From Auanema rhodensis (lineage: Eukaryota > Animalia > Nematoda), in NCBI GenBank assembly GCA_964057225.1, contig OZ059900.1:124001-188000 (forward strand): a stretch of 64,000 bases of DNA, in the 5' to 3' direction. A model generated the notes under the pieces. It was not told the origin of the DNA and ran no database searches. It worked only from the letters and a program-made list of their open reading frames with translations. The position numbers and the translations under genes are program-made. This document shows positions 11,114 to 26,600 of the stretch, piece after piece (the first letter of the stretch is position 1; each line of letters begins with the position of its first letter).

Positions 11114-14100
11114 ACTAAGTATGGTCGTTTTTATGCCTTTAACACCATATACTCACCGATTTTTGGTACAAAATCTGTAATACTCGTAAATTTTGATCAT
11201 ATTCGTTAAGATTTGAGAATCAAACACACAATACACAAAATCAGTCTATTTTGATGAGCTTGCACTGATATATATTCATTTTGATCAAAAAAGGTCGAAA
11301 ATAGAAAGAATTTTTGAAATTTCCGAGTTTTGAGTCCAATTTGGCTAAATCGCTCATATATATGATCAAAAGCATAGTTTTATTGTCTATGACAACAAAA
11401 GTCATTAATTAAACACTAATGATGTTTAAATCACTAAATTTCGCTCAAATAGCATTACTACACTAAGTATGGTCGTTTTTATGCCTTTAACACCATATAC
11501 TCACCGATTTTTGGTACAAAATCTGTAATACTCGTAAATTTTGATCATATTCGTTAAGATTTGAGAATCAAACACACAATACACAAAATCAGTCTATTTT
11601 TATGAGCTTGCACTGATATATATTCATTTTGATCAAAAAAGGTCGAAAATAGAAAGAATTTTTGAAATTTCCGAGTTTTGAGTCCAATTTGGCTGAATCG
11701 CTCATATATATGATCAAAAGCATAGTTTTATTGTCTATAACAACAAAAGTCATCAATTAAACGCTAGTGATGTTTTAATACTGAATTTCGCTCAAATAGC
11801 ATTACTACACTAAGTATGGTCGTTTTTATGCCTTTAACACCATATACTCACCGATTTTTGGTACAAAATCTGTAATACTTGTAAATTTTGATCATATTCG
11901 TTAAGATTTGAAAATCAAACACACATTGAACAAAATCAGTTTATTTTTATGAGTTTGCACTGATATATATTCATTTTGATCAAAAAAGGTCGAAAATAGA
12001 AAGAATTTTTGAATTTTCCGAGTTTTGAGTCCAATTGGGCTAAATTGCTCATATATATGATCAAAAGCATAGTTTTATTGTCTATGACAACAAAAGTCAT
12101 TAATTAAACACTAATGATGTTTAAATCACTAAATTTCGCTCAAATAGCATTACTACACTAAGTATGGTCGTTTTTATGCCTTTAACACCATATACTCACC
12201 GATTTTTGGTACAAAATCTGTAATACTCGTAAATTTTGATCATATTCGTTAAGATTTGAGAATCAAACACACAATACACAAAATCAGTCTATTTTTATGA
12301 GCTTGCACTGATATATATTCATTTTGATCAAAAAAGGTCGAAAATAGAAAGAATTTTTGAAATTTCCGAGTTTTGAGTCTAATTTGGCTAAATCGCTCAT
12401 ATATATGATCAGAAGCATAGTTTTGTTGTCTATGACAACAAAAGTCATCAATTAAACGCTAGTGATGTTTAAATACTGATTTTCGCTCAAATAGCATTAC
12501 TACACTAAGTATGGTCGTTTTTATGCCTTTAACACCATATACTCACCGATTTTTGGTACAAAATCTGTAATACTCGTAAATTTTGATCATATTCGTTAAG
12601 ATTTGAGAATCAAACACACAATACACAAAATCAGTCTATTTTGATGAGCTTGCACTGATATATATTCATTTTGATCAAAAAAGGTCGAAAATAGAAAGAA
12701 TTTTTGAAATTTCCGAGTTTTGAGTCCAATTTGGCTAAATCGCTCATATATATGATCAAAAGCATAGTTTTATTGTCTATAACAACAAAAGTCATCAATT
12801 AAACGCTAGTGATGTTTAAATACTGAATTTCGCTCAAATAGCATTACTACACTAAGTATGGTCGTTTTTATGCCTTTAACACCATATACTCACCGATTTT
12901 TGGTACAAATTCTGTAATACTCGTAAATTTTGATCATATTCGTTAAGATTCGAGAATCAAACATACAATACACGAAATCAGTCTATTTTTATGAGCTTGC
13001 ACTGATATATATTCATTTTGATCAAAAAAGGTCGAAAATAGAAAGAATTTTTGAAATTTCCGAGTTTTGAGTCCAATTTGGCTAAATCGCTCATATATAT
13101 GATCAAAAGCATAGTTTTATTGTCTATAACAACAAAAGTCATCAATTAAACGCTAGTGATGTTTAAATACTGAATTTCGCTCAAATAGCATTACTACACT
13201 AAGTATGGTCGTTTTTATGCCTTTAACACCATATACTCACCGATTTTTGGTACAAAATCTGTAATACTCGTAAATTTTGATCATATTCGTTAAGATTTGA
13301 GAATCAAACACACAATACACGAAATCAGTCTATTTTTATGAGCTTGCACTGATATATATTCATTTTGATCAAAAAAGGTCGAAAATAGAAAGAATTTTTG
13401 AATTTTCCGAGTTTTGAGTCCAATTGGGCTAAATCGCTCATATATATGATCAAAAGCATAGTTTTATTGTCTATGACAACAAAAGTCATTAATTAAACAC
13501 TAATGATGTTTAAATCACTAAATTTCGCTCAAATAGCATTACTACACTAAGTATGGTCGTTTTTATGCCTTTAACACCATATACTCACCGATTTTTGGTA
13601 CAAAATCTGTAATACTCGTAAATTTTGATCATATTCGTTAAGATTTGAGAATCAAACACACAATACACAAAATCAGTCTATTTTTATGAGCTTGCACTGA
13701 TATATATTCATTTTGATCAAAAAAGGTCGAAAATAGAAAGAATTTTTGAAATTTCCGAGTTTTGAGTCCAATTTGGCTGAATCGCTCATATATATGATCA
13801 AAAGCATAGTTTTATTGTCTATAACAACAAAAGTCATCAATTAAACGCTAGTGATGTTTTAATACTGAATTTCGCTCAAATAGCATTACTACACTAAGTA
13901 TGGTCGTTTTTATGCCTTTAACACCATATACTCACCGATTTTTGGTACAAAATCTGTAATACTTGTAAATTTTGATCATATTCGTTAAGATTTGAAAATC
14001 AAACACACATTGAACAAAATCAGTTTATTTTTATGAGTTTGCACTGATATATATTCATTTTGATCAAAAAAGGTCGAAAATAGAAAGAATTTTTGAATTT

Positions 14101-14587
14101 TCCGAGTTTTGAGTCCAATTGGGCTAAATTGCTCATATATATGATCAAAAGCATAGTTTTATTGTCTATGACAACAAAAGTCATTAATTAAACACTAATG
14201 ATGTTTAAATCACTAAATTTCGCTCAAATAGCATTACTACACTAAGTATGGTCGTTTTTATGCCTTTAACACCATATACTCACCGATTTTTGGTACAAAA
14301 TCTGTAATACTCGTAAATTTTGATCATATTCGTTAAGATTTGAGAATCAAACACACAATACACAAAATCAGTCTATTTTTATGAGCTTGCACTGATATAT
14401 ATTCATTTTGATCAAAAAAGGTCGAAAATAGAAAGAATTTTTGAAATTTCCGAGTTTTGAGTCTAATTTGGCTAAATCGCTCATATATATGATCAGAAGC
14501 ATAGTTTTGTTGTCTATGACAACAAAAGTCATCAATTAAACGCTAGTGATGTTTAAATACTGATTTTCGCTCAAATAGCATTACTAC
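10072..14587 (+). repeat. Local triplication of a 3-monomer block (offsets of 4 and 6 monomers)
   Basis: Blocks are 10072-11113, 11462-12503 and 13546-14587. The private SNP TAAATTGCT occurs at 10656, 12046 and 14130 (offsets 1390 and 2084 bp). Confidence 0.88.
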
Positions 14588-15976
14588 ACTAAGTATGGTC
14601 GTTTTTATGCCTTTAACACCATATACTCACCGATTTTTGGTACAAAATCTGTAATACTCGTAAATTTTGATCATATTCGTTAAGATTTGAGAATCAAACA
14701 CACAATAAACAGAATCAGTCTATTTTTATGAGCTTGCACTGATATATATTCATTTTGATCAAAAAAGGTCGAAAATAGAAAGAATTTTTGAAATTTCCGA
14801 GTTTTGAGTCTAATTTGGCTAAATCGCTCATATATATGATCAGAAGCATAGTTTTGTTGTCTATGACAACAAAAGTCATCAATTAAACGCTAGTGATGTT
14901 TAAATACTGATTTTCGCTCAAATAGCATTACTACACTAAGTATGGTCGTTTTTATGCCTTTAACACCATATACTCACCGATTTTTGGTACAAAATCTGTA
15001 ATACTCGTAAATTTTGATCATATTCGTTAAGATTTGAAAATCAAACACACAATAAACAAAATCATTCTATTTTTATGAGCTTGCACTGATATATATTCAT
15101 TTTGATCAAAAAAGGTCGAAAATAGAAAGAATTTTTGAAATTTCCGAGTTTTGAGTCTAATTTGGCTAAATCGCTCATATATATGATCAGAAGCATAGTT
15201 TTATTGTCTATAACAACAAAAGTCATCAATTAAACGCTAGTGATGTTTAAATACTGAATTTCGCTCAAATAGCATTACTACACTAAGTATGGTCGTTTTT
15301 ATGCCTTTAACACCATATACTCACCGATTTTTGGTACAAAATCTGTAATACTCGTAAATTTTGATCATATTCGTTAAGATTTGAGAATCAAACACACAAT
15401 ACACGAAATCAGTCTATTTTTATGAGCTTGCACTGATATATATTCATTTTGATCAAAAAAGGTCGAAAATAGAAAGAATTTTTGAATTTTCCGAGTTTTG
15501 AGTCCAATTGGGCTAAATCGCTCATATATATGATCAAAAGCATAGTTTTATTGTCTATGACAACAAAAGTCATTAATTAAACACTAATGATGTTTAAATC
15601 ACTAAATTTCGCTCAAATAGCATTACTACACTAAGTATGGTCGTTTTTATGCCTTTAACACCATATACTCACCGATTTTTGGTACAAAATCTGTAATACT
15701 CGTAAATTTTGATCATATTCGTTAAGATTTGAGAATCAAACACACAATACACAAAATCAGTCTATTTTTATGAGCTTGCACTGATATATATTCATTTTGA
15801 TCAAAAAAGGTCGAAAATAGAAAGAATTTTTGAAATTTCCGAGTTTTGAGTCCAATTTGGCTAAATCGCTCATATATATGATCAAAAGCATAGTTTTATT
15901 GTCTATAACAACAAAAGTCATCAATTAAACGCTAGTGATGTTTTAATACTGAATTTCGCTCAAATAGCATTACTAC

Positions 15977-18900
15977 ACTAAGTATGGTCGTTTTTATGCC
16001 TTTAACACCATATACTCACCGATTTTTGGTACAAAATCTGTAATACTCGTAAATTTTGATCATATTCGTTAAGATTTGAAAATCAAACACACAATAAACA
16101 AAATCAGTCTATTTTTATGAGTTTGCACTGATATATATTCATTTTGATCAAAAAAGGTCGAAAATAGAAAGAATTTTTGAATTTTCCGAGTTTTGAGTCC
16201 AATTGGGCTAAATCGCTCATATATATGATCAAAAGCATAGTTTTATTGTCTATGACAACAAAAGTCATTAATTAAACACTAATGATGTTTAAATCACTAA
16301 ATTTCGCTCAAATAGCATTACTACACTAAGTATGGTCGTTTTTATGCCTTTAACACCATATACTCACCGATTTTTGGTACAAAATCTGTAATACTCGTAA
16401 ATTTTGATCATATTCGTTAAGATTTGAGAATCAAACACACAATACACAAAATCAGTCTATTTTTATGAGCTTGCACTGATATATATTCATTTTGATCAAA
16501 AAAGGTCGAAAATAGAAAGAATTTTTGAAATTTCCGAGTTTTGAGTCCAATTTGGCTAAATCGCTCATATATATGATCAAAAGCATAGTTTTATTGTCTA
16601 TAACAACAAAAGTCATCAATTAAACGCTAGTGATGTTTTAATACTGAATTTCGCTAAAATAGCATTACTACACTAAGTATGGTCGTTTTTATGCCTTTAA
16701 CACCATATACTCACCGATTTTTGGTACAAAATCTGTAATACTTGTAAATTTTGATCATATTTGTTAAGATTTGAGAATCAAACACACAATACACAAAATC
16801 AGTCTATTTTTATGAGTTTGCACTGATATATATTCATTTTGATCAAAAAAGGTCGAAAATAGAAAGAATTTTGGAAATGTGCGAGTTTTGAGTCCAATTT
16901 TGCTAAATCGCTCATATATATGATCAAAAGCATAGTTTTATTGTCTATAACAACAAAAGTCATCAATTAAACGCTAGTGATGTTTAAATACTGAATTTCG
17001 CTCAAATAGCATAACTACACTAAGTATGGTCGTTTTTATGCCTTTAACACCATATACTCACCGATTTTTGGTACAAAATCTGTAATACTTGTAAATTTTG
17101 ATCATATTTGTTAAGATTTGAGAATCAAACACACAATACACAAAATCAGTCTATTTTTATGAGTTTGCACTGATATATATTCATTTTGATCAAAAAAGGT
17201 CGAAAATAGAAAGAATTTTGGAAATGTCCGAGTTTTGAGTCCAATTTGGCTAAATCGCTCATATATATGATCAAAAGCATAGTTTTATTGTCTATAACAA
17301 CAAAAATCATCAATTAAACGCTAGTGATGTTTAAATACTGAATTTCGCTCAAATAGCATTACTACACTAAGTATGGTCGTTTTTATGCCTTTAACACCAT
17401 ATACTCACCGATTTTTGGTACAAAATCTGTAATACTCGTAAATTTTGATCATATTCGTTAAGATTTGAGAATCAAACACACAATACACAAAATCAGTCTA
17501 TTTTTATGAGCTTGCACTGATATATATTCATTTTGATCAAAAAAGGTCGAAAATAGAAAGAATTTTTGAATTTTCCGAGTTTTGAGTCCAATTGGGCTAA
17601 ATCGCTCATATATATGATCAAAAGCATAGTTTTATTGTCTATGACAACAAAAGTCATTAATTAAACACTAATGATGTTTAAATTACTAAATTTCGCTCAA
17701 ATAGCATTACTACACTAAGTATGGTCGTTTTTATGCCTTTAACACCATATACTCACCGATTTTTGGTACAAAATCTGTAATACTCGTAAATTTTGATCAT
17801 ATTCGTTAAGATTTGAGAATCAAACACACAATACACAAAATCAGTCTATTTTGATGAGCTTGCACTGATATATATTCATTTTGATCAAAAAAGGTCGAAA
17901 ATAGAAAGAATTTTTGAATTTTCCGAGTTTTGAGTCCAATTGGGCTAAATCGCTCATATATATGATCAAAAGCATAGTTTTATTGTCTATAACAACAAAA
18001 GTCATCAATTAAACGCTAGTGATGTTTTAATACTGAATTTCGCTCAAATAGCATTACTACACTAAGTATGGTCGTTTTTATGCCTTTAACACCATATACT
18101 CACCGATTTTTGGTACAAAATCTGTAATACTCGTAAATTTTGATCATATTCGTTAAGATTTGAGAATCAAACACACAATACACAAAATCAGTCTATTTTT
18201 ATGAGCTTGCACTGATATATATTCATTTTGATCAAAAAAGGTCGAAAATAGAAAGAATTTTTGAAATTTCCGAGTTTTGAGTCCAATTTGGCTAAATCGC
18301 TCATATATATGATCAAAAGCATAGTTTTATTGTCTATGACAACAAAAGTCATTAATTAAACACTAATGATGTTTAAATACTGAATTTCGCTCAAATAGCA
18401 TTACTACACTAAGTATGGTCGTTTTTATGCCTTTAACACCATATACTCACCGATTTTTGGTACAAAATCTGTAATACTCGTAAATTTTGATCATATTCGT
18501 TAAGATTTGAGAATCAAACACACAATACACAAAATCAGTCTATTTTTATGAGCTTGCACTGATATATATTCATTTTGATCAAAAAAGGTCGAAAATAGAA
18601 AGAATTTTTGAAATTTCCGAGTTTTGAGTCCAATTTGGCTAAATCGCTCATATATATGATCAAAAGCATAGTTTTATTGTCTATAACAACAAAAGTCATC
18701 AATTAAACGCTAGTGATGTTTTAATACTGAATTTCGCTCAAATAGCATTACTACACTAAGTATGGTCGTTTTTATGCCTTTAACACCATATACTCACCGA
18801 TTTTTGGTACAAAATCTGTAATACTTGTAAATTTTGATCATATTTGTTAAGATTTGAGAATCAAACATACAATACACGAAATCAGTCTATTTTTATGAGC

Positions 18901-21900
18901 TTGCACTGATATATATTCATTTTGATCAAAAAAGGTCGAAAATAGAAAGAATTTTTGAAATTTCCGAGTTTTGAGTCTAATTTGGCTAAATCGCTCATAT
19001 ATATGATCAGAAGCAAAGTTTTATTGTCTATGATAACAAAAGTCATCAATTAAACGCTAGTGATGTTTAAATACTGATTTTCGCTCAAATAGCATTACTA
19101 CACTAAGTATGGTCGTTTTTATGCCTTTAACACCATATACTCACCGATTTTTGGTACAAAATCTGTAATACTCGTAAATTTTGATCATATTCGTTAAGAT
19201 TTGAGAATCAAACACACAATACACAAAGTCAGTCTATTTTTATGAGCTTGCACTGATATATATTCATTTTGATCAAAAAAGGTCGAAAATAGAAAGAATT
19301 TTTGAAATTTCCGAGTTTTGAGTCCAATTTGGCTAAATCGCTCATATATATGATCAAAAGCATAGTTCTATTGTCTATAACAACAAAAGTCATCAATTAA
19401 ACGCTAGTGATGTTTAAATACTGAATTTCGCTCAAATAGCATTACTACACTAAGTATGGTCGTTTTTATGCCTTTAACACCATATACTCACCGATTTTTG
19501 GTACAAAATCTGTAATACTCGTAAATTTTGATCATATTCGTTAAGATTTGAGAATCAAACACACAATACACGAAATCAGTCTATTTTCATGAGCTTGCAC
19601 TGATATATATTCATTTTGATCAAAAAAGGTCGAAAATAGAAAGAATTTTTGAATTTTCCGAGTTTTGAGTCCAATTGGGCTAAATCGCTCATATATATGA
19701 TCAAAAGCATAGTTTTATTGTCTATGACAACAAAAGTCATTAATTAAACACTAATGATGTTTAAATCACTAAATTTCGCTCAAATAGCATTACTACACTA
19801 AGTATGGTCGTTTTTATGCCTTTAACACCATATACTCACCGATTTTTGGTACAAAATCTGTAATACTCGTAAATTTTGATCATATTCGTTAAGATTTGAG
19901 AATCAAACACACAATACACAAAATCAGTCTATTTTTATGAGCTTGCACTGATATATATTCATTTTGATCAAAAAAGGTCGAAAATAGAAAGAATTTTTGA
20001 AATTTCCGAGTTTTGAGTCCAATTTGGCTAAATCGCTCATATATATGATCAAAAGCATAGTTTTATTGTCTATAACAACAAAAGTCATCAATTAAACGCT
20101 AGTGATGTTTTAATACTGAATTTCGCTCAAATAGCATTACTACACTAAGTATGGTCGTTTTTATGCCTTTAACACCATATACTCACCGATTTTTGGTACA
20201 AAATCTGTAATACTTGTAAATTTTGATCATATTTGTTAAGATTTGAGAATCAAACACACAATACACAAAATCAGTCTATTTTTATGAGTTTGCACTGATA
20301 TATATTCATTTTGATCAAAAAAGGTCGAAAATAGAAAGAATTTTGGAAATGTCCGAGTTTTGAGTCCAATTTGGCTAAATCGCTCATATATATGATCAAA
20401 AGCATAGTTTTATTGTCTATAACAACAAAAGTCATCAATTAAACGCTAGTGATGTTTAAATACTGAATTTCGCTCGAATAGCATTACTACACTAAGTATG
20501 GTCGTTTTTATGCCTTTAACACCATATACTCACCGATTTTTGGTACAAAATCTGTAATACTCGTAAATTTTGATCATATTCGTTAAGATTTGAGAATCAA
20601 ACATACAATACACAAAATCAGTCTATTTTCATGAGCTTGCACTGATATATATTCATTTTGATCAAAAAAGGTCGAAAATAGAAAGAATTTTTGAAATTTA
20701 CGAGTTTTGAGTCTAATTTGGCTAAATCGCTCATATATATGATCAGAAGCATAGTTTTATTGTCTATGACAACAAAAGTCATTAGTTAAACACTAATGAT
20801 GTTTAAATCACTAAATTTCGCTCAAATAGCATTACTACACTAAGTATGGTCGTTTTTATGCCTTTAACACCATATACTCACCGATTTTTGGTACAAAATC
20901 TGTAATACTTGTAAATTTTGATCATATTTGTTAAGATTTGAGAATCAAACACACAATACACAAAATCAGTCTATTTTTATGAGTTTGCACTGATATATAT
21001 TCATTTTGATCAAAAAAGGTCGAAAATAGAAAGAATTTTGGAAATGTCCGAGTTTTGAGTCCAATTTGGCTAAATCGCTCATATATATGATCAAAAGCAT
21101 AGTTTTATTGTCTATAACAACAAAAGTCATCAATTAAACGCTAGTGATGTTTAAATACTGAATTTCGCTCAAATAGCATAACTACACTAAGTATGGTCGT
21201 TTTTATGCCTTTAACACCATATACTCACCGATTTTTGGTACAAAATCTGTAATACTCGTAAATTTTGATCATATTCGTTAAGATTTGAGAATCAAACATA
21301 CAATACACGAAATCAGTCTATTTTTATGAGCTTGCACTGATATATATTCATTTTGATCAAAAAAGATCGAAAATAGAAAGAATTTTTGAAATTTCCGAGT
21401 TTTGAGTCTAATTTGGCTAAATCGCTCATATATATGATCAGAAGCATAGTTTTGTTGTCTATGACAACAAAAGTCATCAATTAAACGCTAGTGATGTTTA
21501 AATACTGATTTTCGCTCAAATAGCATTACTACACTAAGTATGGTCGTTTTTATGCCTTTAACACCATATACTCACCGATTTTTGGTACAAAATCTGTAAT
21601 ACTCGTAAATTTTGATCATATTCGTTAAGATTTGAGAATCAAACACACAATACACAAAATCAGTCTATTTTGATGAGCTTGCACTGATATATATTCATTT
21701 TGATCAAAAAAGGTCGAAAATAGAAAGAATTTTTGAAATTTCCGAGTTTTGAGTCCAATTTGGCTAAATCGCTCATATATATGATCAAAAGCATAGTTTT
21801 ATTGTCTATAACAACAAAAGTCATCAATTAAACGCTAGTGATGTTTAAATACTGAATTTCGCTCAAATAGCATTACTACACTAAGTATGGTCGTTTTTAT

Positions 21901-23617
21901 GCCTTTAACACCATATACTCACCGATTTTTGGTACAAATTCTGTAATACTCGTAAATTTTGATCATATTCGTTAAGATTCGAGAATCAAACATACAATAC
22001 ACGAAATCAGTCTATTTTTATGAGCTTGCACTGATATATATTCATTTTGATCAAAAAAGGTCGAAAATAGAAAGAATTTTTGAAATTTCCGAGTTTTGAG
22101 TCCAATTTGGCTAAATCGCTCATATATATGATCAAAAGCATAGTTTTATTGTCTATAACAACAAAAGTCATCAATTAAACGCTAGTGATGTTTAAATACT
22201 GAATTTCGCTCAAATAGCATTACTACACTAAGTATGGTCGTTTTTATGCCTTTAACACCATATACTCACCGATTTTTGGTACAAAATCTGTAATACTCGT
22301 AAATTTTGATCATATTCGTTAAGATTTGAGAATCAAACACACAATACACGAAATCAGTCTATTTTTATGAGCTTGCACTGATATATATTCATTTTGATCA
22401 AAAAAGGTCGAAAATAGAAAGAATTTTTGAATTTTCCGAGTTTTGAGTCCAATTGGGCTAAATCGCTCATATATATGATCAAAAGCATAGTTTTATTGTC
22501 TATGACAACAAAAGTCATTAATTAAACACTAATGATGTTTAAATCACTAAATTTCGCTCAAATAGCATTACTACACTAAGTATGGTCGTTTTTATGCCTT
22601 TAACACCATATACTCACCGATTTTTGGTACAAAATCTGTAATACTCGTAAATTTTGATCATATTCGTTAAGATTTGAGAATCAAACACACAATACACAAA
22701 ATCAGTCTATTTTTATGAGCTTGCACTGATATATATTCATTTTGATCAAAAAAGGTCGAAAATAGAAAGAATTTTTGAAATTTCCGAGTTTTGAGTCCAA
22801 TTTGGCTGAATCGCTCATATATATGATCAAAAGCATAGTTTTATTGTCTATAACAACAAAAGTCATCAATTAAACACTAATGATGTTTAAATCACTAAAT
22901 TTCGCTCAAATAGCATTACTACACTAAGTATGGTCGTTTTTATGCCTTTAACACCATATACTCACCGATTTTTGGTACAAAATCTGTAATACTTGTAAAT
23001 TTTGATCATATTCGTTAAGATTTGAAAATCAAACACACATTGAACAAAATCAGTTTATTTTTATGAGTTTGCACTGATATATATTCATTTTGATCAAAAA
23101 AGGTCGAAAATAGAAAGAATTTTTGAATTTTCCGAGTTTTGAGTCCAATTGGGCTAAATCGCTCATATATATGATCAAAAGCATAGTTTTATTGTCTATG
23201 ACAACAAAAGTCATTAATTAAACACTAATGATGTTTAAATCACTAAATTTCGCTCAAATAGCATTACTACACTAAGTATGGTCGTTTTTATGCCTTTAAC
23301 ACCATATACTCACCGATTTTTGGTACAAAATCTGTAATACTCGTAAATTTTGATCATATTCGTTAAGATTCGAGAATCAAACACACAATACACAAAATCA
23401 GTCTATTTTTATGAGCTTGCACTGATATATATTCATTTTGATCAAAAAAGGTCGAAAATAGAAAGAATTTTTGAAATTTCCGAGTTTTGAGTCTAATTTG
23501 GCTAAATCGCTCATATATATGATCAGAAGCATAGTTTTGTTGTCTATGACAACAAAAGTCATCAATTAAACGCTAGTGATGTTTAAATACTGATTTTCGC
23601 TCAAATAGCATTACTAC
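15977..23617 (+). repeat. Higher-order repeat core, copy 2
   Basis: Same ordered marker series as copy 1 at an offset of 12503 bp (36 monomers). For example, the TTTACG+CATTAGT monomer is at 20491 versus 7988. Confidence 0.9.
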
Positions 23618-26600
23618 ACTAAGTATGGTCGTTTTTATGCCTTTAACACCATATACTCACCGATTTTTGGTACAAAATCTGTAATACTCGTAAATTTTGA
23701 TCATATTCGTTAAGATTTGAGAATCAAACACACAATAAACAGAATCAGTCTATTTTTATGAGCTTGCACTGATATATATTCATTTTGATCAAAAAAGGTC
23801 GAAAATAGAAAGAATTTTTGAAATTTCCGAGTTTTGAGTCTAATTTGGCTAAATCGCTCATATATATGATCAGAAGCATAGTTTTGTTGTCTATGACAAC
23901 AAAAGTCATCAATTAAACGCTAGTGATGTTTAAATACTGATTTTCGCTCAAATAGCATTACTACACTAAGTATGGTCGTTTTTATGCCTTTAACACCATA
24001 TACTCACCGATTTTTGGTACAAAATCTGTAATACTCGTAAATTTTGATCATATTCGTTAAGATTTGAAAATCAAACACACAATAAACAAAATCAGTCTAT
24101 TTTTATGAGCTTGCACTGATATATATTCATTTTGATCAAAAAAGGTCGAAAATAGAAAGAATTTTTGAAATTTCCGAGTTTTGAGTCCAATTTGGCTAAA
24201 TCGCTCATATATATGATCAAAAGCATGGTTTTATTGTCTATAACAACAAAAGTCATCAATTAAACGCTAGTGATGTTTAAATACTGAATTTCGCTCAAAT
24301 AGCATTACTACACTAAGTATGGTCGTTTTTATGCCTTTAACACCATATACTCACCGATTTTTGGTACAAAATCTGTAATACTCGTAAATTTTGATCATAT
24401 TCGTTAAGATTTGAGAATCAAACACACAATACACGAAATCAGTCTATTTTTATGAGCTTGCACTGATATATATTCATTTTGATCAAAAAAGGTCGAAAAT
24501 AGAAAGAATTTTTGAATTTTCCGAGTTTTGAGTCCAATTGGGCTAAATCGCTCATATATATGATCAAAAGCATAGTTTTATTGTCTATGACAACAAAAGT
24601 CATTAATTAAACACTAATGATGTTTAAATCACTAAATTTCGCTCAAATAGCATTACTACACTAAGTATGGTCGTTTTTATGCCTTTAACACCATATACTC
24701 ACCGATTTTTGGTACAAAATCTGTAATACTCGTAAATTTTGATCATATTCGTTAAGATTTGAGAATCAAACACACAATACACAAAATCAGTCTATTTTTA
24801 TGAGCTTGCACTGATATATATTCATTTTGATCAAAAAAGGTCGAAAATAGAAAGAATTTTTGAAATTTCCGAGTTTTGAGTAAAATCGCTCATATATATG
24901 ATCAAAAGCATAGTTTTATTGTCTAAAACAACAAAAGTCATCAATTAAACGCTAGTGATGTTTAAATACTGAATTTCGCTCAAATAGCATTACTACACTA
25001 AGTATGGTCGTTTTTATGCCTTTAACACCATATACTCACCGATTTTTGGTACAAAATCTGTAATACTCGTAAATTTTGATCATATTCGTTAAGATTTGAG
25101 AATCAAACACACAATACACGAAATCAGTCTATTTTTATGAGCTTGCACTGATATATATTCATTTCGATCAAAAAAGGTCGAAAATAGAAAGAATTTTTGA
25201 ATTTTCCGAGTTTTGAGTCCAATTGGGCTAAATCGCTCATATATATGATCAAAAGCATAGTTTTATTGTCTATGACAACAAAAGTCATTAATTGAACACT
25301 AATGATGTTTAAATCACTAAATTTCGCTCAAATAGCATTACTACACTAAGTATGGTCGTTTTTATGCCTTTAACACCATATACTCACCGATTTTTGGTAC
25401 AAAATCTGTAATACTCGTAAATTTTGATCATATTCGTTAAGATTTGAGAATCAAACACACAATACACAAAATCAGTCTATTTTTATGAGCTTGCACTGAT
25501 ATATATTCATTTTGATCAAAAAAGGTCGAAAATAGAAAGAATTTTTGAAATTTCCGAGTTTTGAGTCTAATTTGGCTAAATCGCTCATATATATGATCAG
25601 AAGCATAGTTTTGTTGTCTATGACAACAAAAGTCATCAATTAAACGCTAGTGATGTTTAAATACTGATTTTCGCTCAAATAGCATTACTACACTAAGTAT
25701 GGTCGTTTTTATGCCTTTAACACCATATACTCACCGATTTTTGGTACAAAATCTGTAATACTCGTAAATTTTGATCATATTCGTTAAGATTTGAGAATCA
25801 AACACACAATAAACAGAATCAGTCTATTTTTATGAGCTTGCACTGATATATATTCATTTTGATCAAAAAAGGTCGAAAATAGAAAGAATTTTTGAAATTT
25901 CCGAGTTTTGAGTCTAATTTGGCTAAATCGCTCATATATATGATCAGAAGCATAGTTTTGTTGTCTATGACAACAAAAGTCATCAATTAAACGCTAGTGA
26001 TGTTTAAATACTGATTTTCGCTCAAATAGCATTACTACACTAAGTATGGTCGTTTTTATGCCTTTAACACCATATACTCACCGATTTTTGGTACAAAATC
26101 TGTAATACTCGTAAATTTTGATCATATTCGTTAAGATTTGAAAATCAAACACACAATAAACAAAATCAGTCTATTTTTATGAGCTTGCACTGATATATAT
26201 TCATTTTGATCAAAAAAGGTCGAAAATAGAAAGAATTTTTGAAATTTCCGAGTTTTGAGTCCAATTTGGCTAAATCGCTCATATATATGATCAAAAGCAT
26301 GGTTTTATTGTCTATAACAACAAAAGTCATCAATTAAACGCTAGTGATGTTTAAATACTGAATTTCGCTCAAATAGCATTACTACACTAAGTATGGTCGT
26401 TTTTATGCCTTTAACACCATATACTCACCGATTTTTGGTACAAAATCTGTAATACTCGTAAATTTTGATCATATTCGTTAAGATTTGAGAATCAAACACA
26501 CAATACACGAAATCAGTCTATTTTTATGAGCTTGAACTGATATATATTCATTTTGATCAAAAAAGGTCGAAAATAGAAAGAATTTTTGAATTTTCCGAGT

